Virus record (IMG/VR): IMGVR_UViG_3300031841_001383
Location: 1 to 39,089 of that record
From: a virus
Taxonomy: Duplodnaviria > Caudoviricetes
Length of the DNA: 39,089 nucleotides
Direction: 5' to 3' (one strand)
This document shows positions 25,920 through 34,786 of the stretch, piece by piece (positions within the stretch are counted from its first letter, which is position 1; every line of letters starts with the position of its first letter). The notes beneath the pieces were generated by a model. The model made no database searches. It was not told the origin of the DNA and saw nothing but the letters and a program-made list of their open reading frames with translations. The translations under genes and the position numbers were made by a program.

Positions 25920-26815
25920 TGTCCACCGACGCATTGCAGCAAGAAGCTGAAGAAAAAGAAATTGTTTTAGAAGAAACTGAAGAAGAACAGGAACAGTCCG
26001 AAGTTCAGGTTGCTGAAGAGCAGTCAGAGTCCGAAGAGCAGCCACAAGCTGCTAACGAAGATGAGCTTCAGGAATACTCCAAGAATGTTCAGCAGCGAAT
26101 TAGCAAGCTAACAAAAAAGTATCGTGATGAAGAAGCACAGCGTTTAGCGGCGGTTGAGTTTGCTGAAGCTGTGAAGAAACAGAATGACGAACTTAAACAG
26201 CGTTTAAGTGCCTTAGACCAGTCATATACATCAGAGTTTGGCACACGAGTTGATTCTCAAATCGAAGCCGCCAAGCAAGCTTATCAAAAAGCTTATGATG
26301 ACGGCGATGCCGAAGCTATGTTTGAAGCTCAAAAGAATCTCAGCAAATTGGCTTTGGATCAAGCGCAGCTTGAACAGGCGAAAAAAAGACAAGAAAAAGC
26401 TGAACAGGTTGCAGAAGCTCAACCTGCTGCTCAACCACAACAGTCAAAACCACAACCACCTGATCCAAAGGCAGAGGCATGGGCACAGAAGAATGAGTGG
26501 TTTGGTGCAGATCAGACCATGACTTATGCTGCTTTTGGAGTGCATAGGCAATTAATTGAGGATGAGGGATTTGACCCACAGTCCGATGAGTACTATAATG
26601 AACTTGACAATCGCATGAGGAAAGAGTTTCCGCACAAGTTTGCGGCACCTACCAAGGGCGATACAGGACCCAGAGTCGCTTCTGCTGAGTCCACGGCCTC
26701 ACGGTCGAAGTCAACTAAGGGGCGCAGAACAGTCAAGCTGACTCCGTCGCAGATAGCGATAGCAAAGCGGTTGAATGTTCCGCTCGAAGAATACGCTAAG
26801 TATGTTAAGGAGTAA
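25919..26815 (+). CDS. Probable capsid scaffolding protein
   Basis: Acidic coiled coil; VQQRISKLT, WAQKNEWFG; C-terminal VKLTPSQIAIAKRLNVPLEEYAKY; upstream of the capsid genes. Confidence 0.72.
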   Translation: MSTDALQQEAEEKEIVLEETEEEQEQSEVQVAEEQSESEEQPQAANEDELQEYSKNVQQRISKLTKKYRDEEAQRLAAVEFAEAVKKQNDELKQRLSALDQSYTSEFGTRVDSQIEAAKQAYQKAYDDGDAEAMFEAQKNLSKLALDQAQLEQAKKRQEKAEQVAEAQPAAQPQQSKPQPPDPKAEAWAQKNEWFGADQTMTYAAFGVHRQLIEDEGFDPQSDEYYNELDNRMRKEFPHKFAAPTKGDTGPRVASAESTASRSKSTKGRRTVKLTPSQIAIAKRLNVPLEEYAKYVKE

Positions 26816-26819
26816 GAGA

Positions 26820-27287
26820 ATGGCTGATTCAACAAAAAGAGTTTCACGGGACTCACAAACTCGTGCAAAGTCCACAAGGCGTAAGCCGTGGACACCACCT
26901 TCCAAGCTAGAGGCTCCAGAGCCACCAGCAGGGTACTCACATCGTTGGATTCGTACATCCCTTCGGGGGGAAGACGACACAATGAACGTATCCTCTAGAT
27001 TGCGGGAAGGATGGGAACCTGTTCGTGCTGATGAATATCCTGAGTTAGCGGGTCGTTACCCAACAATTGAGGATGGAACACACGCAGGTGTTATTGGGGT
27101 TGGTGGCCTAATGTTGGCACGAATCCCAGAAGAAACGGTAGAAGAACGAACTGAATATTTTCGGGAGCAGACCCGCACACAAATGGATGCCGTGGATCAA
27201 AATCTTATGAGGGAACAACATCCCTCAATGCCTATTCATAATGAAAGGCAAAGTCGTGTATCATTTGGGGGCAAGGATAAAACCTAG
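26820..27287 (+). CDS. Conserved head-module protein
   Basis: GYSHRWIR...REGWEPV...GGLMLARIP; start reassigned to ATG 26820. Confidence 0.72.
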   Translation: MADSTKRVSRDSQTRAKSTRRKPWTPPSKLEAPEPPAGYSHRWIRTSLRGEDDTMNVSSRLREGWEPVRADEYPELAGRYPTIEDGTHAGVIGVGGLMLARIPEETVEERTEYFREQTRTQMDAVDQNLMREQHPSMPIHNERQSRVSFGGKDKT

Positions 27288-27314
27288 CCTTCTTAACTTG
27301 ACAAGGAGTAAGCA

Positions 27315-27929
27315 ATGGCAAATGTTAATGTTGCCTTCGGCCTAAAGCCGATTAATACCGCTGGTAGCACTCCTGCTACTTCCGGTACTAATGCATACTT
27401 TATTGACAGCGGCGCAAGCGCGATCTTTCAGGGTTCAATAGTTAAGTGCGACAATGGCGGTGAAATCGTCATTAGTTCTGCTACTGGTGACACCGAAGCT
27501 CCTCTTGGCGTTTTTGCTGGCTGTGAGTATGTATCCTCAACCACAGGTAAAAAAGTATTCTCAAATACATGGCCTGGGTCAGGTGCGGACACAAACTTCG
27601 ACATTATCGGATTTGTGTACGACAACCCAATGCAGCGTTATGTAATTGCAACAGATGCTACATTTACTAATAGAGCCACTGCCATAGCTGCTATTTTTGA
27701 AAATACGCAGTTAGATAGTGGTGCAAGTGGTAACACAACCACAGGCATTTCCAGTGCAAAGATGGATGTCGCAACTCTTGACTCATCAAATGCTTCTCTT
27801 CCTTTGAAGATTGTTGGCATTCAAGACGACGTTGAGAACGAAGACTTCACTGCTGCTGGCATTCCTATGATTGTGATGCTTAACAATCACGCACTGCTTC
27901 AGGCTGATTCTGAAGCGGCAATTTCGTAA
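27315..27929 (+). CDS. Putative capsid decoration/cement protein
   Basis: Beta-rich; MAN...FGLKP, IFQG, GVFAGC, VYDNP; immediately upstream of the capsid gene. Confidence 0.6.
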   Translation: MANVNVAFGLKPINTAGSTPATSGTNAYFIDSGASAIFQGSIVKCDNGGEIVISSATGDTEAPLGVFAGCEYVSSTTGKKVFSNTWPGSGADTNFDIIGFVYDNPMQRYVIATDATFTNRATAIAAIFENTQLDSGASGNTTTGISSAKMDVATLDSSNASLPLKIVGIQDDVENEDFTAAGIPMIVMLNNHALLQADSEAAIS

Positions 27930-27942
27930 GGGAGTGTAGGTA

Positions 27943-28854
27943 ATGGCTATTTCTAGAGCACAACTCGCCAAAGAACTAGAGCCTGGTCTTAACGCTCTGT
28001 TCGGCATGGAATATGGTCGCTACGAAGGTCAGCATTCTGAAATCTTTGACACCGAGTCATCTGACCGGGCGTTTGAAGAAGAGGTAATGCTGTCAGGCTT
28101 CGGCGCGGCTCCCGTGAAAAATGAAGGTACAGGCGTATCATTTGATGATGCGAATGAAGCATACACTGCTCGTTACAACCACGAGACAGTGGCAATGGCC
28201 TTCTCAATCACTGAAGAAGCTGTGGAAGACAATCTGTACGATCGTCTGGCTTCACGCTATACTCGTGCACTTGCACGTTCTATGGCTCACACCAAGCAGG
28301 TTAAAGCTGCGGCTATCCTGAACAACGCATTTACTGCTGGCGCATCTGCTGGTGGTGACGGTGTTGCTCTGTGTGACGCATCTCACCCGCTGACATCAGG
28401 TGGCACATTTGCCAACGAACCATCAACTGCTGCTGATTTGAACGAAACTTCTTTGGAAGACGCTCTGATTAACATCGCTGGTTTCGTTGATGAGCGTGGC
28501 CTGATCATCGCTCTTCGCGGCATGAAGCTAATCATTCCACGTCAGCTTCAGTTTGTTGCGGAACGTCTGATGGTTTCCAATCTTCGTGTTGGCACAGCAG
28601 ACAACGATGTAAACGCACTCAAGTCAATGGGCATGCTGCCCGAAGGTTATGTAGTCAACGACTACCTGACAGACACTGATGCGTTCTTCATCAAGACAGA
28701 TGCACCAAACGGCCTCAAGCACTTTGAGCGTACTGCACTGTCAACAGCAATGGACCCAGACTTCGACACTGGTAACATGCGCTTCAAGGCTCGTGAGCGT
28801 TACAGCTTCGGCTTCTCTGACCCACGTTGTGTGTTCGGTTCACCCGGCGCGTAA
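27943..28854 (+). CDS. Major capsid protein
   Basis: MAISRAQLAKELEPGLNALFG, ITEEAVEDNLY, LIIPRQL, KARERYSFG; strong RBS; followed by a terminator. Confidence 0.92.
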   Translation: MAISRAQLAKELEPGLNALFGMEYGRYEGQHSEIFDTESSDRAFEEEVMLSGFGAAPVKNEGTGVSFDDANEAYTARYNHETVAMAFSITEEAVEDNLYDRLASRYTRALARSMAHTKQVKAAAILNNAFTAGASAGGDGVALCDASHPLTSGGTFANEPSTAADLNETSLEDALINIAGFVDERGLIIALRGMKLIIPRQLQFVAERLMVSNLRVGTADNDVNALKSMGMLPEGYVVNDYLTDTDAFFIKTDAPNGLKHFERTALSTAMDPDFDTGNMRFKARERYSFGFSDPRCVFGSPGA

Positions 28855-28873
28855 GGTTAGAAACATCTTTTTC

Positions 28874-28902
28874 AAAGGGCGGGTATTCACCCGCCCTTTT
28901 TT
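28874..28902 (+). terminator. Rho-independent terminator after the capsid gene
   Basis: aaagggcgggt-attc-acccgcccttt stem with a T run. Confidence 0.9.
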
Positions 28903-28920
28903 ATTGTATACTTAGATATC

Positions 28921-28976
28921 CCTGACAGCCGCATGGTGTGGCTGACACTAGCCGAGACAGGAGATAAAATTGGCTA
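28921..28976 (+). ncRNA. Candidate structured cis-regulatory leader
   Basis: Hairpin cagccgca/tgtggctg; CCTG/CAGG pairing; TAGCCGA complementary to the TTGGCTA start region. Confidence 0.4.
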
Positions 28977-29452
28977 ATACTACATTTAACGGTCCCGTCC
29001 GTTCAGAAAACGGATTCAAGACAATCATCAAGAACTCCACAACTGGTGCTCTTACCAATGAAATGACTTTGTCTACCTACAGCACTTCAATTACAATTGC
29101 TGCAACAGGCACAGAGCATAAAGAATCATCTATTGGTATCCCATCCAACTTCATTCCTATGGGTGTTGCCATCACAGTAACAAGTGCCGCAGCAAATGCT
29201 GTAAACTTGGTTGACATTGGCACAGATGCAGACACAGATGGTTTCGTAGACGGCGTCACAGTTGCTATCAACTCAACAGGCTTTAAGGGCTTCTTCCCTT
29301 GTAATGGTGTGCTTGGCATGTCTGGCGGAACAACTACCGCTGCTACAGAGACTGCTGACGAAGTTGAAGTTGTGATTTCTGGTGCAGCAGGCGCTGGTGG
29401 CGTTGTCGCTCTGAAGTTCTTTGGTATTGCTTCTGATTCACCAACTGCTTAA
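28970..29452 (+). CDS. Putative virion structural protein
   Basis: TTG start after aggag; MANTTFNGPVRS N-terminus; G/T/A-rich. Confidence 0.72.
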   Translation: MANTTFNGPVRSENGFKTIIKNSTTGALTNEMTLSTYSTSITIAATGTEHKESSIGIPSNFIPMGVAITVTSAAANAVNLVDIGTDADTDGFVDGVTVAINSTGFKGFFPCNGVLGMSGGTTTAATETADEVEVVISGAAGAGGVVALKFFGIASDSPTA

Positions 29453-29464
29453 TAGGAGGCTGAT

Positions 29465-29734
29465 ATGGCTGGTCCAGTAAAAGCCTACAACGCCACAGGA
29501 ACAGGCGCTGTAGGTCCGGGTCGCTCACGCATTAAGCAGATTGTCATGTACGCAACAGGTGCTGGCGCATTTACAATTACCGACGGTAACGGTGGTTCCA
29601 CTCTTCTGACACAGAAGTTTCCTTCTGGTCAGAATGTTTTGAACATTCCGGGCGACGGTGTCATCGCAGAAAGCGGTGTATATGTAAGTGCTATCTCAGG
29701 AACTGGCGCGGAACTGACAGTTTTCTTGGCATAA
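29465..29734 (+). CDS. Small beta-rich virion protein
   Basis: RBS ggagg; GPGRSRIK...IPGDGV pattern. Confidence 0.68.
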   Translation: MAGPVKAYNATGTGAVGPGRSRIKQIVMYATGAGAFTITDGNGGSTLLTQKFPSGQNVLNIPGDGVIAESGVYVSAISGTGAELTVFLA

Positions 29735-29738
29735 AACA

Positions 29739-30539
29739 ATGTCTGTCTACGAGATAAGATCTATTAGCCAAGTCGGCACGAGTGAGCCGTTTGAGCTACA
29801 GATTTCTCGTGGGCAGATTTCTGGACACAACTTTGTTCATAAGTTTGGTTACAATCCTGTGATTGGCGTAAACGATGAAACCTTATGGACACAAGGTGGT
29901 GTGTATGTTTATCCAACCACAGCTTCTACGATGTATATATCAAGCAGTTCAACTGCCGACACTGCGGCAGGCACAGGAGCAAGAACTGCAACCGTTTCTG
30001 GGTTAGATGCTAACTTTATTGAAATAAGCGAAACCGTTTCTTTGAATGGACAGGCAGGCGTTCAGCTTAATGGTGCCTTGAATTGGTATCGAGTAAACCG
30101 CGTAATTGTAAACACAGCAGGTTCGGGGGGTGCTAACGCGGGTGTATTGTATGTAGGAACTGAAGCAACACCCACAGGCGGCGTTCCTACAAACAAATAC
30201 GCAACAGTAGCGATAGGTGATAATCAAACTCTAATGTGTGTTTGGACAGTCCCGAGTGGATACACGGCGTACCTTCATCAAAAAGATGTGTCTGCATCTT
30301 CTTCTGCTGGGAAGTTTGCTATTTTTTCTTTGATAAGTAGACCAAAAGACGGAGTTTTTAACGTAAAGGACAGAGTTTTGCTGGCGAACACCAGCACAGC
30401 TATATCTTACTGGAATCCCATTCCTTTCTCAGAATGCACTGATATTGAGGTTCGTGCAGCAGCAGACACTGCTGGCGGCACAATTACCGCATCAGCTACT
30501 CTTGATTTAACGTATATCAAAAACAAGGGGCCTCTGTAA
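29739..30539 (+). CDS. Conserved phage structural-type protein
   Basis: HKFGYNP, SSSSTADT..GTGART, TDIEVRA motifs. Confidence 0.72.
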   Translation: MSVYEIRSISQVGTSEPFELQISRGQISGHNFVHKFGYNPVIGVNDETLWTQGGVYVYPTTASTMYISSSSTADTAAGTGARTATVSGLDANFIEISETVSLNGQAGVQLNGALNWYRVNRVIVNTAGSGGANAGVLYVGTEATPTGGVPTNKYATVAIGDNQTLMCVWTVPSGYTAYLHQKDVSASSSAGKFAIFSLISRPKDGVFNVKDRVLLANTSTAISYWNPIPFSECTDIEVRAAADTAGGTITASATLDLTYIKNKGPL

Positions 30540-30808
30540 TGGCGACAAAAAAGAAAAAATCTGTTAGTCTATCAGTGAAGCGTGGTGAGAAGCTTCCCGC
30601 CTCCAAAGGCGCAGGACTCACGGCCAAGGGCCGTGCTAAATACAACAGGGCTACAGGCTCTAAGTTGAAGGCACCACAGCCTGGTGGTGGCAAGAGACGC
30701 ACGTCTTACTGTGCGCGGTCCAAGGGCCAAATGAAAATGCATAACGTTAACTGTAAGAAAACACCGAAAAAGCGTATTTGCGCTGCACGGCGGAGATGGA
30801 AGTGTTAA
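30539..30808 (+). CDS. Small highly basic protein (DUF6321-like)
   Basis: GLTAKGRAKYN...LKAP...RRTSYCARS...RRRWKC. Confidence 0.72.
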   Translation: MATKKKKSVSLSVKRGEKLPASKGAGLTAKGRAKYNRATGSKLKAPQPGGGKRRTSYCARSKGQMKMHNVNCKKTPKKRICAARRRWKC

Positions 30809-30810
30809 AC

Positions 30811-31038
30811 GTGAACAGTCTTATCGGCGGAGCAACGCTAGGGTTTATAGGCTGGATAGCCTTTTCTGTGGTTGATTTGAAGACCGAGACTGCTGTTATA
30901 GCGGTTAAGGTGGATCAGAACCATAAGATGTTGGCTGAACTTTGGGACTATTATTTACAGGAGAGGGTCAATGGCGATATCGCGTGGGTCACTCGCAAGC
31001 CAGATATCCAAACCACCGCAGAAACGAAAGTGGAGTAA
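30811..31038 (+). CDS. Small membrane-anchored protein
   Basis: N-terminal TM segment plus short coiled coil; start uncertain. Confidence 0.5.
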   Translation: MNSLIGGATLGFIGWIAFSVVDLKTETAVIAVKVDQNHKMLAELWDYYLQERVNGDIAWVTRKPDIQTTAETKVE

Positions 31039-31123
31039 GAAACGCAAGGCAAAAATAAATTGCAAGCGTCCGCGTGGGTTTAGTGAAAAAGCGCACTGTG
31101 CAGGTAGAAAGAAAAAGAAATGA
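30971..31123 (+). CDS. 50-aa highly basic protein
   Basis: Not in the ORF track. MAISRGSLASQISKPPQKRKWSKKRKAKINCKRPRGFSEKAHCAGRKKKK; ATGA overlap with the next gene. Confidence 0.65.
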   Translation: MAISRGSLASQISKPPQKRKWSKKRKAKINCKRPRGFSEKAHCAGRKKKK

Positions 31124-31392
31124 GTAAAAAAGATGCATGCTATCACAAGGTTAAGGCAAGATATAAGGTCTTCCCGTCGGCGTACTCAAGCGGGGCCATC
31201 GCCAAGTGCAGAAAAGTCGGTGCTTCCAATTGGGGCAACTCAGCAAAGAAAGCCGATGGTGGCATACTCGACCAAAAGCCCAAACGCGCCTTCAGAGGAA
31301 AAGCCGTCAGAGGGACAGCAGTGGCGCGTGGATGTGGTGCTGTAATGAATCGTAGACGTAAAAGAACAAAGGGGGCGGTAACGCAGTCGTAG
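31120..31392 (+). CDS. Small basic protein
   Basis: DACYHKVKARYKVFPSAY...CRK; KKADGG; ARGCGAV. Confidence 0.7.
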   Translation: MSKKDACYHKVKARYKVFPSAYSSGAIAKCRKVGASNWGNSAKKADGGILDQKPKRAFRGKAVRGTAVARGCGAVMNRRRKRTKGAVTQS

Positions 31393-31836
31393 ATGGATCC
31401 TGTTACATTAATCGCCACCGCCACAACTTCATATCAGGCGATTAAAAAAGGATTCGCCCTCGGCAAAGAAGTGACATCAATGTCAAAAGACATTGGTAAG
31501 CTTATGGGTGCCATAGGCGAAATTAAAGAGGGGCATGAGAAGGCAAAGGGTAGGCGGTTTGGTAGTGTAGAAGAAGAAGCTTTACACACTTACGCTGCAA
31601 AAAAGAAGGCAGAAAAGATGGAAGCAGAGCTTCGTAACTTCTTGGTTGCCAATTATGGATTTAATGCTTGGAGAGATGTGCTAAAAGTACAAGGTGATTT
31701 ACGAAAAGAACGACAGGCAAGGAAAAGAAAACGAGAGCGTTTGATAGAAGCAATTATGGAATGGACATTAGTGTCGGTTATAATTGCTATGTTAGTTGGA
31801 TTAGGAATATTTATAATTGTAAGTATTAAAGGCTGA
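31393..31836 (+). CDS. Coiled-coil protein with a C-terminal TM helix
   Basis: MDPVT N-terminus; hydrophobic C-terminal segment. Confidence 0.7.
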   Translation: MDPVTLIATATTSYQAIKKGFALGKEVTSMSKDIGKLMGAIGEIKEGHEKAKGRRFGSVEEEALHTYAAKKKAEKMEAELRNFLVANYGFNAWRDVLKVQGDLRKERQARKRKRERLIEAIMEWTLVSVIIAMLVGLGIFIIVSIKG

Positions 31837-31846
31837 TGGGAAGAAT

Positions 31847-32125
31847 ATGGCTGTTAGAAAAACAAAAGCTGGTCTTGCTCTCAAACGATGGTTTAAAGAA
31901 GACTGGAAGGACGTTCGTACGGGGAAAGCGTGTGGCAGACGCAAAGGTGAAAAACGGGGTACTCCATATTGTCGCCCCTCTAAGAGGGTTTCTAGCAAGA
32001 CACCCAAAACATCCAAAGAGATGACGGCTACAGAAAAACGTAGTAGGATATCACAGAAGAAGCGATTAGGTCAGCCTGCTGGTAAGCCACGTCGCGTTAA
32101 GTCATTAAGAAGGAAGAAGAAGTAA
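31847..32125 (+). CDS. Small highly basic protein (DUF5872-like)
   Basis: LKRWFKEDWKD...CGR...PYCRP...TPKT. Confidence 0.68.
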   Translation: MAVRKTKAGLALKRWFKEDWKDVRTGKACGRRKGEKRGTPYCRPSKRVSSKTPKTSKEMTATEKRSRISQKKRLGQPAGKPRRVKSLRRKKK

Positions 32126-32298
32126 TGGCAAAAGAGTTTCCTGATTTAACAGGTGATGGCAAGGTCACAAAAAAAGACATTTTAAAAGGTCGCGGCGTTC
32201 CCGGTTTCAAAAAGGGTAAGTTTATGTGTGCCCCGCGTAAGCTAGAAGCTGGCGCAATGGAAATGCCGAAAAGAAATGGACGTAAAAGAAGAGCTTGA
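32125..32298 (+). CDS. 57-aa basic protein with an EF-hand-like loop
   Basis: Not in the ORF track. MAKEFPDLTGDGKVTKKDILKGRGVPGFKKG...; TAATG coupling. Confidence 0.65.
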   Translation: MAKEFPDLTGDGKVTKKDILKGRGVPGFKKGKFMCAPRKLEAGAMEMPKRNGRKRRA

Positions 32299-32797
32299 AC
32301 AGTGGATTGTTGAGGAGCTTAGTGTTCCTGACCCAGATTTAAACAATATCTGGCCCTGTCCATACGCAAAGAAAGCTTGGTTCGAGAACCAAGTAAAGGT
32401 AATCGAAACAGAAGATGACTTCTGGGACGTTGTAAACGAAGAGGTTGATAATTTTAATGACGACTATGAGGTTGTCATTGTGGCACAGCAAGAACCGTTT
32501 TGTGAGTATGAGGATCTTGAAGTCTCATGTATGGCACTAAACAGATGGTTTGCGCAAAAGGGAATGAACATCTGGCTGTTGTCGTTTCAACACGACATAA
32601 CTATGGTGTTTATACAACGGTTGTCAAAACTTGATGATGCAAGTGCAAAGCTGCTGAAAAAAGGTTATTATGACAACTATGATGATGATGACTTTGACAA
32701 CCTAATAGCCGAGCGTTCGGCAAGGAGATTATACGATGCCAGGAATGATGCGTGGAAAAAAGAAGCCCATGAGAATGATGCGGGGCGGTGCGGCTAA
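32276..32797 (+). CDS. Acidic hypothetical protein (DUF1415-like CP[YF]A motif)
   Basis: PCPYAKKAW...FIQRLSKLDDASAKLLKKGYY. Confidence 0.68.
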   Translation: MDVKEELEQWIVEELSVPDPDLNNIWPCPYAKKAWFENQVKVIETEDDFWDVVNEEVDNFNDDYEVVIVAQQEPFCEYEDLEVSCMALNRWFAQKGMNIWLLSFQHDITMVFIQRLSKLDDASAKLLKKGYYDNYDDDDFDNLIAERSARRLYDARNDAWKKEAHENDAGRCG

Positions 32798-32876
32798 AAA
32801 GCCCATGAGAATGATGCGTGGTGGTGCTGCTAAGAAACCTCTAAGAATGAAGCGCGGCGGATCGGCTAAGAAGTAA
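32736..32876 (+). CDS. 46-aa basic repeat peptide (KKPMRMMRGGAA)n
   Basis: Not in the ORF track. RBS aaggag; 36-bp repeat unit with synonymous variation; stop abuts the next ATG. Confidence 0.68.
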   Translation: MPGMMRGKKKPMRMMRGGAAKKPMRMMRGGAAKKPLRMKRGGSAKK

Positions 32877-33545
32877 ATGGCAACTTCAGGCTCAACAGAC
32901 TTCGACCTCGACGTAGCTGAGATAATCGAAGAAGCATATGAGCGGTGTGGACTTGAGGTTCGCACCGGGTATGATGCCAAAACAGCACGTCGTTCTATGA
33001 ACCTGATGTTTGCTGACTGGGCTAATCGTGGTCTTAACTTGTGGACAGTAAAGCAGGCGACGCAAGCTTTAACACAGGGCACTGCTACTTACACGCTTGA
33101 TGCTAACCACACAGACCTTCTTGAGGTTTCACTTCGGCGCAGCGGTGTAGATCAGGAACTTACGCGCATGTCGCGTGGGCAGTATCTAGGCTTGCCAAAC
33201 AAAACAACACAAGGAAAACCAAGTCAGTATTACTTCAACAGACAAAGTGCTCCGCAGATTACTTTGTGGGCTACTCCAGAAAACTCAACCGATACGCTTG
33301 TATATTACTATGTAAAGCGGATTGAAGACGTAGATACATTAGCCAACACGACTGACGCACCGTTCCGGTTCCTGCCTTGCATGGTTGCAGGCTTGGCGTA
33401 TTACCTGTCAATTAAAAGAGCACCAGAGCGGGTGCAGCTTTTAAAGTCTGTGTATGAAGAAGAGTTCCAACGCGCAGCGGATGAGGACGAAGATAGAGTA
33501 CCGTTGAAGTTACAGCCTAGTATTTCTTATCTTCGGGTAAACTAA
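32877..33545 (+). CDS. Head-tail adaptor/connector protein
   Basis: IIEEAYERCG, ARRSMNL..WANRGLNLW, GKPSQYY, GLAYYL pattern of podoviral adaptors. Confidence 0.7.
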   Translation: MATSGSTDFDLDVAEIIEEAYERCGLEVRTGYDAKTARRSMNLMFADWANRGLNLWTVKQATQALTQGTATYTLDANHTDLLEVSLRRSGVDQELTRMSRGQYLGLPNKTTQGKPSQYYFNRQSAPQITLWATPENSTDTLVYYYVKRIEDVDTLANTTDAPFRFLPCMVAGLAYYLSIKRAPERVQLLKSVYEEEFQRAADEDEDRVPLKLQPSISYLRVN

Positions 33546-34123
33546 TGGCTAGATACGCATCTGGAAAATATGCTTACGGTATATCAGACCGTTCTGGTTT
33601 TCGTTATCGTCTTGCTGACATGATAACGGAATGGAACGGTCTTAAAGTAGGTCCAGATGAGTATGAGCCAAAGCACCCACAGTTAGAACCCATATCCCCT
33701 GGTTCAGACCCACAAGCACTTTTTGAACCCAGACCAGACACAAGCACAGAGGTGGCTGTTCAAAGGCTTTTGATAAAAAACCCGTTCCAATCAGGTTCTC
33801 CGGGTTCTCCGATAATTACGGTGTTTGAACCTTCTCATGGTCGCAGCACATCAGATGCTGTTGCTTTTCGTAAAGTGGAGGCGTTTGATGGATTTTCAGA
33901 AGCTAGTCTTGAAAAAGCTACAGGATATACAATTACAGTTGTCGATGCTGATTCGTACACAATCACCATCGTCGGAGGTGAAACAGCAACAATCGGTAAC
34001 GCACGAGGCGGCGGTGACAATGCGACCTCTGGGCCGGGGACTGCTGCTGCAACAACAGCATCGACCTTTGATGCGACAAATGTTACACTCGATTCGGCAA
34101 CTAAGACTTTTGACGAGGGCTAA
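33545..34123 (+). CDS. Virion protein with a C-terminal TFD motif
   Basis: ISDRSGFRY...EWNG...EPKHPQ N-terminal domain; HG...TGYTITV beta domain; ends TFDATNVTLDSATKTFDEG. Confidence 0.65.
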   Translation: MARYASGKYAYGISDRSGFRYRLADMITEWNGLKVGPDEYEPKHPQLEPISPGSDPQALFEPRPDTSTEVAVQRLLIKNPFQSGSPGSPIITVFEPSHGRSTSDAVAFRKVEAFDGFSEASLEKATGYTITVVDADSYTITIVGGETATIGNARGGGDNATSGPGTAAATTASTFDATNVTLDSATKTFDEG

Positions 34124-34774
34124 ATGGCAAAACAAACAGTAGGAATTGGCTCTGCCGCAAACGATGGCACTGGTGATACTCTGCGTGATGGCGCAGATAA
34201 GATTAATGATAACTTCACCGAAATTTACAATGCGTTGGGTGATGGCACCACATTAACGGATATTATTAACGCCTCTGGTTTACTTGATGTAAGTTCTGGT
34301 GCAAACAAAATTGTTTTTTATTACGCTGCTTTGACTGATTTACCAAGCGCATCAACCTATCATGGTGCAGTCGCCCATGTTCATGCAACTGGTGGTCTGT
34401 ACTTTGCTCATGGTGGCAATTGGATACGTTTAAACGATGAGGTCAGTGGCCCGACAACCACATACACAACAACGGGGGCTACGGGTTCTGCCTACACTTT
34501 TTCTGGGCCAGGTGCTACTGCTGGCAACAACCCTAACTTTACCTTTTACAAAGGTCACACATATTTAATTGACAACTCTTCTTACGTCAGCAGCCACCCT
34601 TTGCAAATACGAACATCTTCTGGTGGCTCTGCTTTTACAACAGGAGTTACGGATAACTACAACAGCACCTCCGGGCTAACTCAGTTCATTGTGCCACACG
34701 AGCCTAGTGACACTTCGTTAGTTTATCAGTGTACTGTTCACAGCAGCATGGTTGGAAACATAACAATAGTATAG
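34124..34774 (+). CDS. Fiber/appendage protein with a T4 gp9/10-like N-terminus and a cupredoxin-like C-terminal domain
   Basis: ANDGTGDTLR...KINDNFTEIY; SHPLQI...YQCTVHSSMVG. Confidence 0.68.
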   Translation: MAKQTVGIGSAANDGTGDTLRDGADKINDNFTEIYNALGDGTTLTDIINASGLLDVSSGANKIVFYYAALTDLPSASTYHGAVAHVHATGGLYFAHGGNWIRLNDEVSGPTTTYTTTGATGSAYTFSGPGATAGNNPNFTFYKGHTYLIDNSSYVSSHPLQIRTSSGGSAFTTGVTDNYNSTSGLTQFIVPHEPSDTSLVYQCTVHSSMVGNITIV

Positions 34775-34786
34775 TGAGCAGGTAAC

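Noticed and set aside
28921-28976. Hammerhead ribozyme or known riboswitch
   Set aside because: It lacks the CUGAUGA/GAAA core and I cannot match it to a named family; kept only as a candidate structure.
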